Origin: a bacterium
GTDB taxonomy: Bacteria > Electryoneota > Electryoneia > Electryoneales > Electryoneaceae
DNA length: 64,000 nt
Direction of reading: 5' to 3'
NCBI GenBank assembly: GCA_963675295.2
Contig: CAXXKJ010000002.1
Location: forward strand, 1,824,001-1,888,000
The notes under the pieces are model-generated. The model was not told the origin of the DNA. It worked only from the letters and a program-made list of their open reading frames with translations, and searched no databases. Made by a program: the position numbers and the translations under genes. Within the stretch, counting starts at the first letter, position 1, and each line of letters opens with the position of its first letter. Below, piece after piece: positions 45,155-54,340 of this stretch.

Positions 45155-46861
45155 TCATGCCTTAAACCACTTCGCGCGGCTGACTTCAACGTGATCCCGG
45201 CTGAAATATTCCTTCGTCAACGCGACAATCTTCGGCGCGAGCAGCACCAGCGCGATCAGGTTCGGCGTCGCCATGATCGATAATGCGATGTCACCGAAGC
45301 CCCAAACCACCGCCAGCGCGAGGTTGGATCCTATGAACACCACACCGACATACACCCAGCGGTAGATGCGCACCCCTTTGCGGCCAAACAGATACACCAC
45401 CGCGCGATCGCCGTAGTACGACCACGAAATCGCCGTCGAAATCGCGAACAGCAGCACGCCGAAGGTGACAATCCAGCTGCCAAGGTGGCCGAACGGTTCC
45501 CCAAGATGCCGGGTGAACGCCGACTGGAACGCGAACGAGGTCAGCACCGATCCGTTCTGCAGCACCTCACAGTCGAAATGCGCGTTTTCCAGCAGATTTT
45601 GGCCATCTGCGCCAACGATACTGACGATGGTGCCGTCCTCGATACGCAATTGGGCGTCGTGGATCGGGATTACTTCGTCGTCCGGGCCGAGCTGGATCAG
45701 GTGTGGCTTCTGCACGAATCCATTGTTGTAAACGAGGTCGATTTCCTGTTCGATTCGTCCATCGCGGACATCCAGCGTCCCGGTGTAGAGGTCGTTATCC
45801 TTGACCGATCCGCCGGGCAGCAATTCGATGCCGGCGAAGGTTACTTCCGGTGCAGACGCCGGAACACGATCCTCAAACTGCTGGTTCCACGCGCCGGAGG
45901 TTAGAATGGTCAGGCCGGTGAGGGTGCAGATGACGAGCGTGTCGATGAACGGACCGACCATCGCGACGGTCCCCTCGCGCACCGGTTCCTCGGTTTTCGC
46001 AGCGGCGTGGGCGATTGGGGCTGAGCCCTGGCCGGACTCGTTGGAGTAGATCCCGCGCCGCACACCCCAGAGAATCGCGAGGAAAAAGGTCGATCCGGCG
46101 AACCCGCCAACCGCACCGGCCGGGGTGAATGCTGAGTTGAAGATCAATGCGAAGGTGGCCGGCACCTCGGCGATGTTCATCCCAACGACAAACAGGCAGC
46201 CAAGGATGTACAACGCGGCCATGAATGGCACCAAACGGCTGGCGACGATCCCGATTCGCCGGATGCCGCCGAGAATCACCAGCGCGACGACGGTCGCGAT
46301 CACCATGCCCGTCACCCAAGGCGGGATGCCGAAGTCGGCGTACATCGAGTCGGCGACGGTGAACGCCTGGATCGCGTTGCCAGTGCCGAAGCTGGAGATG
46401 ATCGTCGCGCCCGCGAAGATCACCGCGAGCGGTTTCCAGTTTTTACCGAGCCCCTTTTCGATGTAATACATCGGACCGCCGGAGACGCTGCCGTCCTTGT
46501 GTTCCTTGCGGTAGACCATTGCGAGGGTGGCTTCCGAGAACTTGGTCGCCATGCCGAGGAAGGCGGTGACCCACATCCAGAACAACGCGCCCGGCCCGCC
46601 GAAGTGGATCGCGGTCGCAACACCGGCGATGTTGCCGATGCCGATGGTTGCGCTGAGTGCGGCCGAAAGCGCCTGCAGGTGGTTGACATCGCCCGTGTCA
46701 TCGGGCTTGTCGTACACGCCGGAGATCACCTTCCACGCGTGCCCGAAACGCATCATCTGGACGAGTTTCAAGCGCCACGTGAGGTAAATCCCGGTTCCGA
46801 TCAGCGGGAGAATCAGCCAGGTGGCAAAGCCACCCGCGACGGTGTCGATCCATTCCTGCAT
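45155..46861 (-). CDS. Alanine/glycine:cation symporter (AGCS family) with a long inserted loop
   Basis: SATIGIGNIAGVA, GGPGALFWMW, GGPMYY, SNESGQGSAPIAHA, FIDTLVICTLT, SWSYYG. Confidence 0.92.
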   Translation of the reverse strand: MQEWIDTVAGGFATWLILPLIGTGIYLTWRLKLVQMMRFGHAWKVISGVYDKPDDTGDVNHLQALSAALSATIGIGNIAGVATAIHFGGPGALFWMWVTAFLGMATKFSEATLAMVYRKEHKDGSVSGGPMYYIEKGLGKNWKPLAVIFAGATIISSFGTGNAIQAFTVADSMYADFGIPPWVTGMVIATVVALVILGGIRRIGIVASRLVPFMAALYILGCLFVVGMNIAEVPATFALIFNSAFTPAGAVGGFAGSTFFLAILWGVRRGIYSNESGQGSAPIAHAAAKTEEPVREGTVAMVGPFIDTLVICTLTGLTILTSGAWNQQFEDRVPASAPEVTFAGIELLPGGSVKDNDLYTGTLDVRDGRIEQEIDLVYNNGFVQKPHLIQLGPDDEVIPIHDAQLRIEDGTIVSIVGADGQNLLENAHFDCEVLQNGSVLTSFAFQSAFTRHLGEPFGHLGSWIVTFGVLLFAISTAISWSYYGDRAVVYLFGRKGVRIYRWVYVGVVFIGSNLALAVVWGFGDIALSIMATPNLIALVLLAPKIVALTKEYFSRDHVEVSRAKWFKA

Positions 46862-46907
46862 GTCAAAGGGCTCCGTAAGGATACGGTCACTGAGTCACAA
46901 CGAAAAC

Positions 46908-46934
46908 GGGGACACTTACGGAGTAAGTTTCCCC
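46908..46934. repeat. GGGGACAC-family palindrome (REP-like)
   Basis: GGGGACACTTACGGAGTAAGTTTCCCC. Confidence 0.8.
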
Positions 46935-46940
46935 GGTCAG

Positions 46941-48290
46941 TTACACAAAATTGAACACGAGAATCAACCCCACCGCGATCGGGGCGATGATGCGCACAGT
47001 CCACAGCCATACCTTGTAGAGCGTCTCCTGTCCGGATCCCGCGAGCATCTCCTTCTTGACACCGTTGCCCCACGCCCAGCCGGCGAAGATGGCGATGAGA
47101 ATTCCGCCCAGCGGCAGCATGATGTTGGCGGTGAGGTAGTCGACCAGGTCGAAGAAGCCGAGGCCGAAGACAGTCACGTCTGCCCACGCACCGAAGCTTA
47201 ACGCGCTCGGCACACCGAGTACGAACGCTACCGCCGCCATGATGATCGTCGCGCGGGAACGGGTCCATCTGAGCTCGTCAGTCGCGAAGCTGACCATCAC
47301 TTCGAGCAGGCTGATCGCGGAGGTGATCGCCGCGATGGTGAGCAGGAGGAAGAACAGGGTACTGAGCACGTTCGACAACGGCAGCTGCGCGAACACCATC
47401 GGCAGTACCTGGTAGGTCAGGCCCGCGCCGTCCGCCGGGTCCATCCCCATCGCGAACACGGCGGGGAAGATGGCGATCCCGGCGAGCACCGCGATGCCGG
47501 CGTCCAGGCTGGCGACGGTTGCCGTGCTCGAGAAGATGTTCGTCTTGCGGTCGAGGTACGATCCGTACGTGATCATCACGCCCATACCGAGGCTGAGGCT
47601 GTAAAATGCCTGGCCCATCGCTTCGAGAATCACGTCCCCGTTCAACTTGCTGAAGTCCGGTGTGAACAGGAATTTCAGGCCGTCCATGGAGCCGGGCAGG
47701 GTGACCGACCGGCCAATGAGAAGCAGCAGCAGAATGAACAGAGTCGGCATCAGGATCTTTGAATACCGTTCGATCCCGCCCTTGACCCCCTGTGAGACAA
47801 CGAAGATCCCGAGAAACGTGAAGATGAACTGGAACGTTACGACGAGGCCGCCGTTGGTGACAAAGCCGCTGAAAGTGCCGGACGCGAATTCGCCGTTTGT
47901 CAGTTCGCTGATGCCGCCAGTTACGGATAGATAGAGGTAATAGAGCGTCCATCCGGCGACGACATTGTAATAGGAGAGGATCAGAAAGCCAGTGAGAATG
48001 CCGATTGCGCCGACCACCCACCATAGCGACCCGGGAAGCAAGGCCTTGAACGCACCAAACGGGTTCCGCTTGCTGCCACGACCGATCACCATCTCCCCGC
48101 CCATGATCGGCAGGCCGACCACGATCACGCAGATGATGTAGATGAGCAGAAACGCGAAGCCGCCGTTTTCGCCGAGAACGTACGGAAATCGCCAGATGTT
48201 GCCCAGGCCGATGGCTGACCCTGCGGCCGCGAGAATGAAGCCGAGTTTCGATCCCCAGTTTTCACGCGTCGCATTCTGATCCAGCTGCAT
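46941..48290 (-). CDS. Na+-dependent transporter, NSS/SNF family
   Basis: RENWGSKLGFILAAAGSAIGLGNIWRFPY, GQAFYSLSLG, YGSYL, TSAISLLE. Confidence 0.93.
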   Translation of the reverse strand: MQLDQNATRENWGSKLGFILAAAGSAIGLGNIWRFPYVLGENGGFAFLLIYIICVIVVGLPIMGGEMVIGRGSKRNPFGAFKALLPGSLWWVVGAIGILTGFLILSYYNVVAGWTLYYLYLSVTGGISELTNGEFASGTFSGFVTNGGLVVTFQFIFTFLGIFVVSQGVKGGIERYSKILMPTLFILLLLLIGRSVTLPGSMDGLKFLFTPDFSKLNGDVILEAMGQAFYSLSLGMGVMITYGSYLDRKTNIFSSTATVASLDAGIAVLAGIAIFPAVFAMGMDPADGAGLTYQVLPMVFAQLPLSNVLSTLFFLLLTIAAITSAISLLEVMVSFATDELRWTRSRATIIMAAVAFVLGVPSALSFGAWADVTVFGLGFFDLVDYLTANIMLPLGGILIAIFAGWAWGNGVKKEMLAGSGQETLYKVWLWTVRIIAPIAVGLILVFNFV

Positions 48291-48689
48291 GCGCTGACTC
48301 CCCTTGCCAGAGATGGGTCCTGATTGGATGGTTGCGGGTACGATGGTGCGAAAGGTAGGTGTGACGCCTGTTTGGCGCAACCATAATCATCAGAATTTGG
48401 CAAGTGGCGAATCCTGCGGCGTGAATCGAGCGCAATGAGCAGGGTGGAGTTTGAGTAGTCGCTTATAAAGCTGTCAGGTTGGAATTCGTTTTTGGGGTTT
48501 TAGAGGAACATCTTGGAGTTTTTTTCTCTGAGAACTCAAGTCAATGAGCAACATTTTGCCTCGCCCCGGTCTCCGGTCTCCACTCGTTTCTCACGGTTGT
48601 CGCGTGAAACACAGGCGCGTCAATGCCTACAGGACTCAACAGAACATTTGTTCAACTTGAAAAAAGCCGCGACAATCTCGCGTCTCGCG

Positions 48690-48718
48690 TTGACAGGGCC
48701 ACTCCGGTTCCGTACCAT
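48690..48718 (+). promoter_or_regulatory. sigma70 promoter of the dcw operon
   Basis: TTGACA-17 bp-TACCAT. Confidence 0.75.
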
Positions 48719-48763
48719 TTGGAGCGAAGAGGAGCAAATTGGAGTAAATCGGAGCGAATCGAG
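48719..48763 (+). promoter_or_regulatory. MraZ-binding direct repeats (GGAG variant)
   Basis: GGAG at 48721, 48731, 48741 and 48751, exactly 10 bp apart, directly after the -10 box. Confidence 0.7.
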
Positions 48764-48841
48764 TTTTGACGCCTGTTTCGAGCTCCTCCAAGATAGGGCG
48801 AAAATCGATCCGCAAACTCATGTGAGCAGCAGAGAGAACTC

Positions 48842-49336
48842 GTGAACTACTACGCCGGCACCCACACATGCGAACTGGATACCCTCGGGAGAGTCGTTGT
48901 CCCGAAGGCGTTTCGCAAGGTGCCGCCCGAAATCCTCGCTGGCGAACTGATGCTGAGCCCGGGGTTGGACGGCGGAGTGGTCGAGGTGTACCCGTTGCCG
49001 GAGTGGGAAGCGTATGTGGAGCGAATTACCGGGGCGGAGAACCTGACCGTTGGTGATCGTGACGAGTTGGTCGAGGTACTGTTCGCGGATGCCGACCGCA
49101 CGAAGATCGACAAGCAGAACCGGCTGGTGTTGAGTCATGCGTTGCGTACTGAGTTGGGCATTGATGGCGCGGATGAAAATGTCACCCTCGCCTTCGTCGG
49201 TGCCGGTACGCATTTCAAGGTCTACGTCGCGACGGACTATGAGCAGGAACGCGACGACCGTCGCGCCCGCCGCAACGAGTTGCTGAAGAAATACCGTTCC
49301 GGCCCCAATCGCGGTGGACACGGTGGAGAGGGCTGA
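48842..49336 (+). CDS. mraZ: Division/cell wall cluster transcriptional repressor MraZ
   Basis: Two DxxxR motifs (LDTLGRV, IDKQNRL); located before rsmH. Confidence 0.85.
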   Translation: MNYYAGTHTCELDTLGRVVVPKAFRKVPPEILAGELMLSPGLDGGVVEVYPLPEWEAYVERITGAENLTVGDRDELVEVLFADADRTKIDKQNRLVLSHALRTELGIDGADENVTLAFVGAGTHFKVYVATDYEQERDDRRARRNELLKKYRSGPNRGGHGGEG

Positions 49337-50246
49337 GGGGTACCACGTGCCCGTGATGCTGGCGGAAACGCTGGCGGGGCTGAAGATCAAGCCGGACGGC
49401 CGTTATCTGGACGCGACCGGCGGCGGCGGCGGACACAGCGCCGCCATCCTTGACAAGCTGAGTGAGACCGGACGTCTGCTGGTGATCGACCGCGACGACG
49501 ACGCGCTTGCGGTGTTGCGTGAGCGGTTCGGCGCTGACGAACGAGTAGTCGTGCACAAGCTGAACTTCGGCGCGATCGGGTCAGATGAGGCGGTCGCCGG
49601 GTTTGCCCCGATCGACGGCATCCTGTTCGATTTCGGAGTGAGCAGCCGTCAGATCGACAATCCGGAACGCGGCTTCAGCTTCATGCAGGCTGGACCGTTG
49701 GACATGCGGATGGATCGGTCGCAGGGCGACAGCGCGGCAGACGTCGTCAACGAGTACGGCGAGGCGGCGTTGATCCGGATCCTGCGTGAGTACGGTGAGG
49801 AGCCGCGTGCGAAACGGATCGTGCAAGCGCTGGTGCAGGCGCGGCCGGTGACGACGACCGAGCAATTGAAGGCCGTCGTCGAGACGGTCGCCGATCCGCG
49901 GGAGCGCATCAAGACGTTGGCGCGGGTGTTTCAGGCGCTGCGCATCGAGGTCAATGGCGAGATGGACGAAATCGACCGGGCGTTGGATGCCGCGTATGAG
50001 TTGCTTGCTGTCGATGGCCGGTTGGCCGCACTCAGTTACCACAGTCTGGAAGATCGTCGTGTAAAGCAGTTCCTGCGGCGGATGGAAGGTGAGAACAGGG
50101 ATCGGTACCTGGCGCTACCGGGCGCGGAAGCGCAGGTCCGAATGAAGGCAGTACCCCGCAAGGCCGTACAACCCGGGCAAACTGAGATTAACACCAACCC
50201 ACGCGCGAGAAGTGCCCGGCTGCGTTTAGCAATCAAGCAGAATTGA
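49314..50246 (+). CDS. rsmH: 16S rRNA m4C1402 methyltransferase
   Basis: HVPVM, DATGGGGGHS, GVSSRQID, RGFSF, PLDMRMD, FQALRIEVN, YHSLEDR, NPRARSA. Confidence 0.96.
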   Translation: MDTVERAEGYHVPVMLAETLAGLKIKPDGRYLDATGGGGGHSAAILDKLSETGRLLVIDRDDDALAVLRERFGADERVVVHKLNFGAIGSDEAVAGFAPIDGILFDFGVSSRQIDNPERGFSFMQAGPLDMRMDRSQGDSAADVVNEYGEAALIRILREYGEEPRAKRIVQALVQARPVTTTEQLKAVVETVADPRERIKTLARVFQALRIEVNGEMDEIDRALDAAYELLAVDGRLAALSYHSLEDRRVKQFLRRMEGENRDRYLALPGAEAQVRMKAVPRKAVQPGQTEINTNPRARSARLRLAIKQN

Positions 50247-50301
50247 ACAGGTTCAGCGAACTGGAAGCGTTAGCAAGGGCGTATTCCAGGGGCAGGGTGA
50301 A

Positions 50302-50751
50302 GTGAAATCCACGGCATACAGCACGAGGATGTACATGAGCGGCCGCGCAAAGGCCGCGATGCCGGTGCGTGAGTTCGGGCTCACGCTGCCGCTCGTGCTG
50401 CTCGCCCTGATCCTGTTCGGCTTCTTCGCGACGATGATTCATCTGCAGGTGCAGAAGACGCATTTCGGTGCGTTGATCACGTCGCAGACGGAACGTGTCG
50501 AAACACTGCGCGCTGAAGTGCGGGCGTTGAACGGAAAGATCGCATCGCTGACCTCGTTGGACGCGATCCGTGAGCGCGCGCTGGAACGCGGGATGACCGA
50601 GCCGAAGGCGCCGCCGCCGGTGTTGCAGGTGACGCTCACCGCGGATGAGATCGCCCGCATGGGCGGAGTGGAAAAGAGTGACGTAGCCGGTTTGCTGGCG
50701 CGGAGTTGGAGTGACGCGACGGTGGGCGAACTGGAGGAGGTTCGCCCATGA
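50302..50751 (+). CDS. ftsL: FtsL-like cell division protein
   Basis: One TM helix plus coiled coil, A.ERGM..P motif; lies between rsmH and ftsI; start uncertain. Confidence 0.7.
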   Translation: MKSTAYSTRMYMSGRAKAAMPVREFGLTLPLVLLALILFGFFATMIHLQVQKTHFGALITSQTERVETLRAEVRALNGKIASLTSLDAIRERALERGMTEPKAPPPVLQVTLTADEIARMGGVEKSDVAGLLARSWSDATVGELEEVRP

Positions 50752-52895
50752 GCCGCACCACGGATCGTTCGCCGAAGGCGCCGATGGGTGCGCCGATTCA
50801 GTCTGGCCGGCTGCTGCTGGTGTTCGCTGTGCTGGTGTTGCTGGCGGCGGCGACGGTGTTCCGGCTGGTGTCGATCCAGGTAGTGCAGCACACTGAGTAC
50901 CGTGACCGTGCGAAGCAGCAGTATACCGACACCCGAGAGTTGCCGCCGGATCGTGGCGTGATCCTGGACCGCCGTGGCCGGGCGCTGGTCGAAAACCTTG
51001 AGAATTACGGGTCGGTCGGCGTGCGTCCGTCGAAGGTGGCCGACAAATCGATGACGGCGCAGCGGCTGGCGGATGCGTTGTCGCTGCGGACGCGCGATGT
51101 GTCGAACCGGCTGAAGGGCGATGCGCCGTTTGTCTGGATCGCACGTCAAGTGCTGCCGGAGGTTGCGAACCGCGTTGACGGCATGGACCTGCCGGGCGTG
51201 GAGGTGGTGCGCGAGACGAAGCGCTCGTACCCGTACGGTCGCACGGCGGGCCAGGTGCTGGGGCATGTGAACGTTGACAATCGGGGCGCGGCTGGGGTTG
51301 AGCAGCTGCGGGAAGATGTGCTCGCGGGACGACCGGGCTGGGAGGTGGTGCAGATGGATGCACACGGTCGTCCGCGTTACGACAACATGTTCCCGCGCGA
51401 GGAACCGGTGCACGGTGGCCGCGTGACGCTCGCGATCGACATCGACGCGCAGACCATCGCCGAGGAAGAGCTGGCGTTCGGTATCGAGGAGAATGAAGCG
51501 GTCAGCGGGATGGTGGTGATTACCCGTCCGATGACCGGTGAGATTCTCGCGATTGCCTCATGGCCGAATTACGACCCGAACGATCCCGGCGCGAGTCCGT
51601 TCGCGGCGCAGAAGAATCGTGCGATCACCGATGTTTACGAGCCCGGCAGCACGTTCAAGATCGTGCCGTTCTCAGCGATCATCGAGCGCGATCTGATCGA
51701 CCTCGACAAGATCATCGACCTCGAGGAAGGGCGTTGGCGGGTGGCGGACCGGGTGATCCGCGATTCGCACCGCTACGACTCGTTGACTGTCCGCCAGGGC
51801 TTCGCCAAGTCGAGCAACATCCTCACCGGCAAGCTGGCGGAAAACCTGAGCAAGGCCGAATTCTACACGGTGATGCGTGACTTCGGCTTCGGGCAGGAAA
51901 CCGGCATCGATTTCATCGGTGAGGTTGGCGGGATTCTGCCGGAAACGCGGCATTGGTCTGGTGTCTCCCAGGCGAACATGGCGATCGGGCAGGGGATCGC
52001 GGTAACGCCCTTGCAGTTGGCTATGGCATACGGTGCGATTGCGAACAACGGCTGGCTGCTGCGTCCGCTGCTGATCACGTCGGAAGTGAATCCGGACGGC
52101 GAAGTGGTGCGGTATTCACCGGTTCGAGTGCGCCGTGTGATACAACCGTCCACCGCCCGCATCATGCGCAAGCTGATGGTGGAAGCGGTCGAGGATGGCA
52201 CCGGCGGCCAGGCGATGATCGCCGGGATCAGCGTCGCCGGCAAGACGGGGACCGCGCAGAAGCCGGACCCGGAAAATCGTGGCTACATGCCGGGGCGTTA
52301 TGTCAGCTCGTTCTGCGGTTTTCTGCCGGCTGAGAATCCGGAATGGCTGGCGCTGGTCGTAATTGATGACCCGCAGGGACGGCGGTACTACGGCGGCAGT
52401 GTCGCCGGGCCGGTGTTCCGCCGGATCATGGAGCGGCTGCTGGTGACGTTGCCGTACAACGAACTTCGCTACTCACTCGAAGACTACGAGAATCCGCGTG
52501 AGTTGCCGGACCGGACGGTGCTGGCGCCGGACGTGCTGGCGCTGTCGGCGACCGAGGCGGAAGATGTACTGCGTCAGGCCGGGCTCGAAGCGCGGGTTGA
52601 GGGCGAGGGCGACATCGTGATCGCTCAGAAGCAGGCCGTGGGGACGGTGCTGCATACAGGCGACTCGGTGGAGTTGACGCTCGGCTGTGCGGCGTTGGAT
52701 GACACGCTGAGTGTCCCGGAACTGCGTGAGAAATCACTGCGGGATGCGTTGGCGGAATTGACGCGCTGTGGATTGCAGCCTCAGGTGACAGGGTCGGGGA
52801 TTGTGGTTGGTCAGAATCCGGGGCCGGGGGTGAAGGTGCCCGCCGGAACCCGGGTAACCCTCGTCGCGCAACCGTACCTGGAGGCTGTGCGATGA
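50748..52895 (+). CDS. ftsI: Class B penicillin-binding protein with two C-terminal PASTA domains
   Basis: RGVILDRRG, EPGSTFK, SSN, GKTGTAQK; PASTA-like repeats. Confidence 0.93.
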   Translation: MSRTTDRSPKAPMGAPIQSGRLLLVFAVLVLLAAATVFRLVSIQVVQHTEYRDRAKQQYTDTRELPPDRGVILDRRGRALVENLENYGSVGVRPSKVADKSMTAQRLADALSLRTRDVSNRLKGDAPFVWIARQVLPEVANRVDGMDLPGVEVVRETKRSYPYGRTAGQVLGHVNVDNRGAAGVEQLREDVLAGRPGWEVVQMDAHGRPRYDNMFPREEPVHGGRVTLAIDIDAQTIAEEELAFGIEENEAVSGMVVITRPMTGEILAIASWPNYDPNDPGASPFAAQKNRAITDVYEPGSTFKIVPFSAIIERDLIDLDKIIDLEEGRWRVADRVIRDSHRYDSLTVRQGFAKSSNILTGKLAENLSKAEFYTVMRDFGFGQETGIDFIGEVGGILPETRHWSGVSQANMAIGQGIAVTPLQLAMAYGAIANNGWLLRPLLITSEVNPDGEVVRYSPVRVRRVIQPSTARIMRKLMVEAVEDGTGGQAMIAGISVAGKTGTAQKPDPENRGYMPGRYVSSFCGFLPAENPEWLALVVIDDPQGRRYYGGSVAGPVFRRIMERLLVTLPYNELRYSLEDYENPRELPDRTVLAPDVLALSATEAEDVLRQAGLEARVEGEGDIVIAQKQAVGTVLHTGDSVELTLGCAALDDTLSVPELREKSLRDALAELTRCGLQPQVTGSGIVVGQNPGPGVKVPAGTRVTLVAQPYLEAVR

Positions 52896-54340
52896 TCCTT
52901 TACGACCTGGTTAAGAGGCTGCCGGGCGCGTCGCTGCACGGAGATGGTTCGGTTGAGATCACCGGCCTGACCTACGATTCGCGACGTGTCCAGCCGGGCA
53001 ACCTCTTCTGCGCACTGGTCGGAGGATCGTCAAACGGAAATGACTTCATCCCACAAGCGCTAAAAAACGGCGCGGTGGCGGTGATGACGGACAGACCGGA
53101 CGATGTGTCGGCGGATGTGCCGGTGGTGACGGTGCCGGACGCGCGCATCGTGATGGCCTACGCCGCCCATGAGCTCTTTGACAAGCCAACTGAAAAGCTG
53201 GTATTGACCGGGATTACCGGCACCAACGGAAAGACCACCTGCACCTACGTGCTGCAGTCGATTCTCGACGCCGCCGGGCACAAGACCGGCCTGATCGGGA
53301 CGACCGGCTGGTCGTTCGCGGGCGAGGGTGAACCGTTGGAGCGCACGACGCCGGAAGCGCCGGACATGCTGGCATTGCTGGCGAACATGCGGGACAAGGG
53401 TGCGACGGCGGCGGTGCTGGAAGTGACCTCGATTGCGATGCCGATGCACCGCGTTGACGGCTTCCATTTCGCGGCCGGTCTGTTCACCAACCTGAGTCAG
53501 GATCATCTCGACCTGCATGGGTCGATGGCGGAGTATTTCGCGGCGAAGAAGAGCTTCTTCGAGACGCTACCGGCGGATGCTGTTGCGGTTGCGAACGCCG
53601 ACGACGAGCATGGCCAGAGAATGCTCAGCGGAATCGCAGCGAAGGCGTTCACTTTCGGATTCGACTCGGATGCTGATGTCCATGGTTCGCTGGTGAACGA
53701 GTCGGCGTCCGGGATGACGATCAAGGTCGATGGAACGTTTGGTTCGTTCGAGATGAAGACGCCGTACATCGGCCGGTTTAACGCGTCGAACGTGCTCGGC
53801 TGCGCCGCCCTCGCGCTGGCGATGGGTGTTGATGTTTCCGCGATCCAGGCCGGTGTCGCGAATGCGCCGCAGGTACGGGGCCGGATGGAACGGCTGTCGC
53901 TGGAAGGCGATGTGACGGCGGTGATCGATTACGCGCACACGCCGGACGCGTTGCAGCGTGCGCTGGAAGCGTTGCGTCCGTTGGCAACAGGCAAGTTGAT
54001 CGTGGTGATCGGCGCGGGCGGCAACCGGGATGCGACCAAGCGTCCAATCATGGGCAAGGCCGCGGCAGAGGGTGCCGATATCGCGGTGATCACCAGCGAC
54101 AATCCGCGCTTCGAGGATCCAGCGAGCATTGTCCAGCAGGTAGCGTCCGGTGCAGGCGAAAAGGCTGTGGTTATGGTGGATCGGCGTGAAGCGATCAAGC
54201 GCGCACTCGATCTGGCGAACTCCGGTGATGTCCTGCTGATCGCTGGCAAGGGCCACGAAACGTACCAGGAAATCGAAGGCGTGAAGCATCCGTTCGACGA
54301 CCGCGAAGAGGTGCTCAAGCTGCGGAGGGCCGCATGCTGA
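52892..54340 (+). CDS. murE: UDP-MurNAc-Ala-Glu:meso-DAP ligase
   Basis: GITGTNGKTT, TTPE, FTNLSQDHLD, DYAHTPD, DNPR (DAP specificity), GKGHETYQ. Confidence 0.96.
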   Translation: MILYDLVKRLPGASLHGDGSVEITGLTYDSRRVQPGNLFCALVGGSSNGNDFIPQALKNGAVAVMTDRPDDVSADVPVVTVPDARIVMAYAAHELFDKPTEKLVLTGITGTNGKTTCTYVLQSILDAAGHKTGLIGTTGWSFAGEGEPLERTTPEAPDMLALLANMRDKGATAAVLEVTSIAMPMHRVDGFHFAAGLFTNLSQDHLDLHGSMAEYFAAKKSFFETLPADAVAVANADDEHGQRMLSGIAAKAFTFGFDSDADVHGSLVNESASGMTIKVDGTFGSFEMKTPYIGRFNASNVLGCAALALAMGVDVSAIQAGVANAPQVRGRMERLSLEGDVTAVIDYAHTPDALQRALEALRPLATGKLIVVIGAGGNRDATKRPIMGKAAAEGADIAVITSDNPRFEDPASIVQQVASGAGEKAVVMVDRREAIKRALDLANSGDVLLIAGKGHETYQEIEGVKHPFDDREEVLKLRRAAC

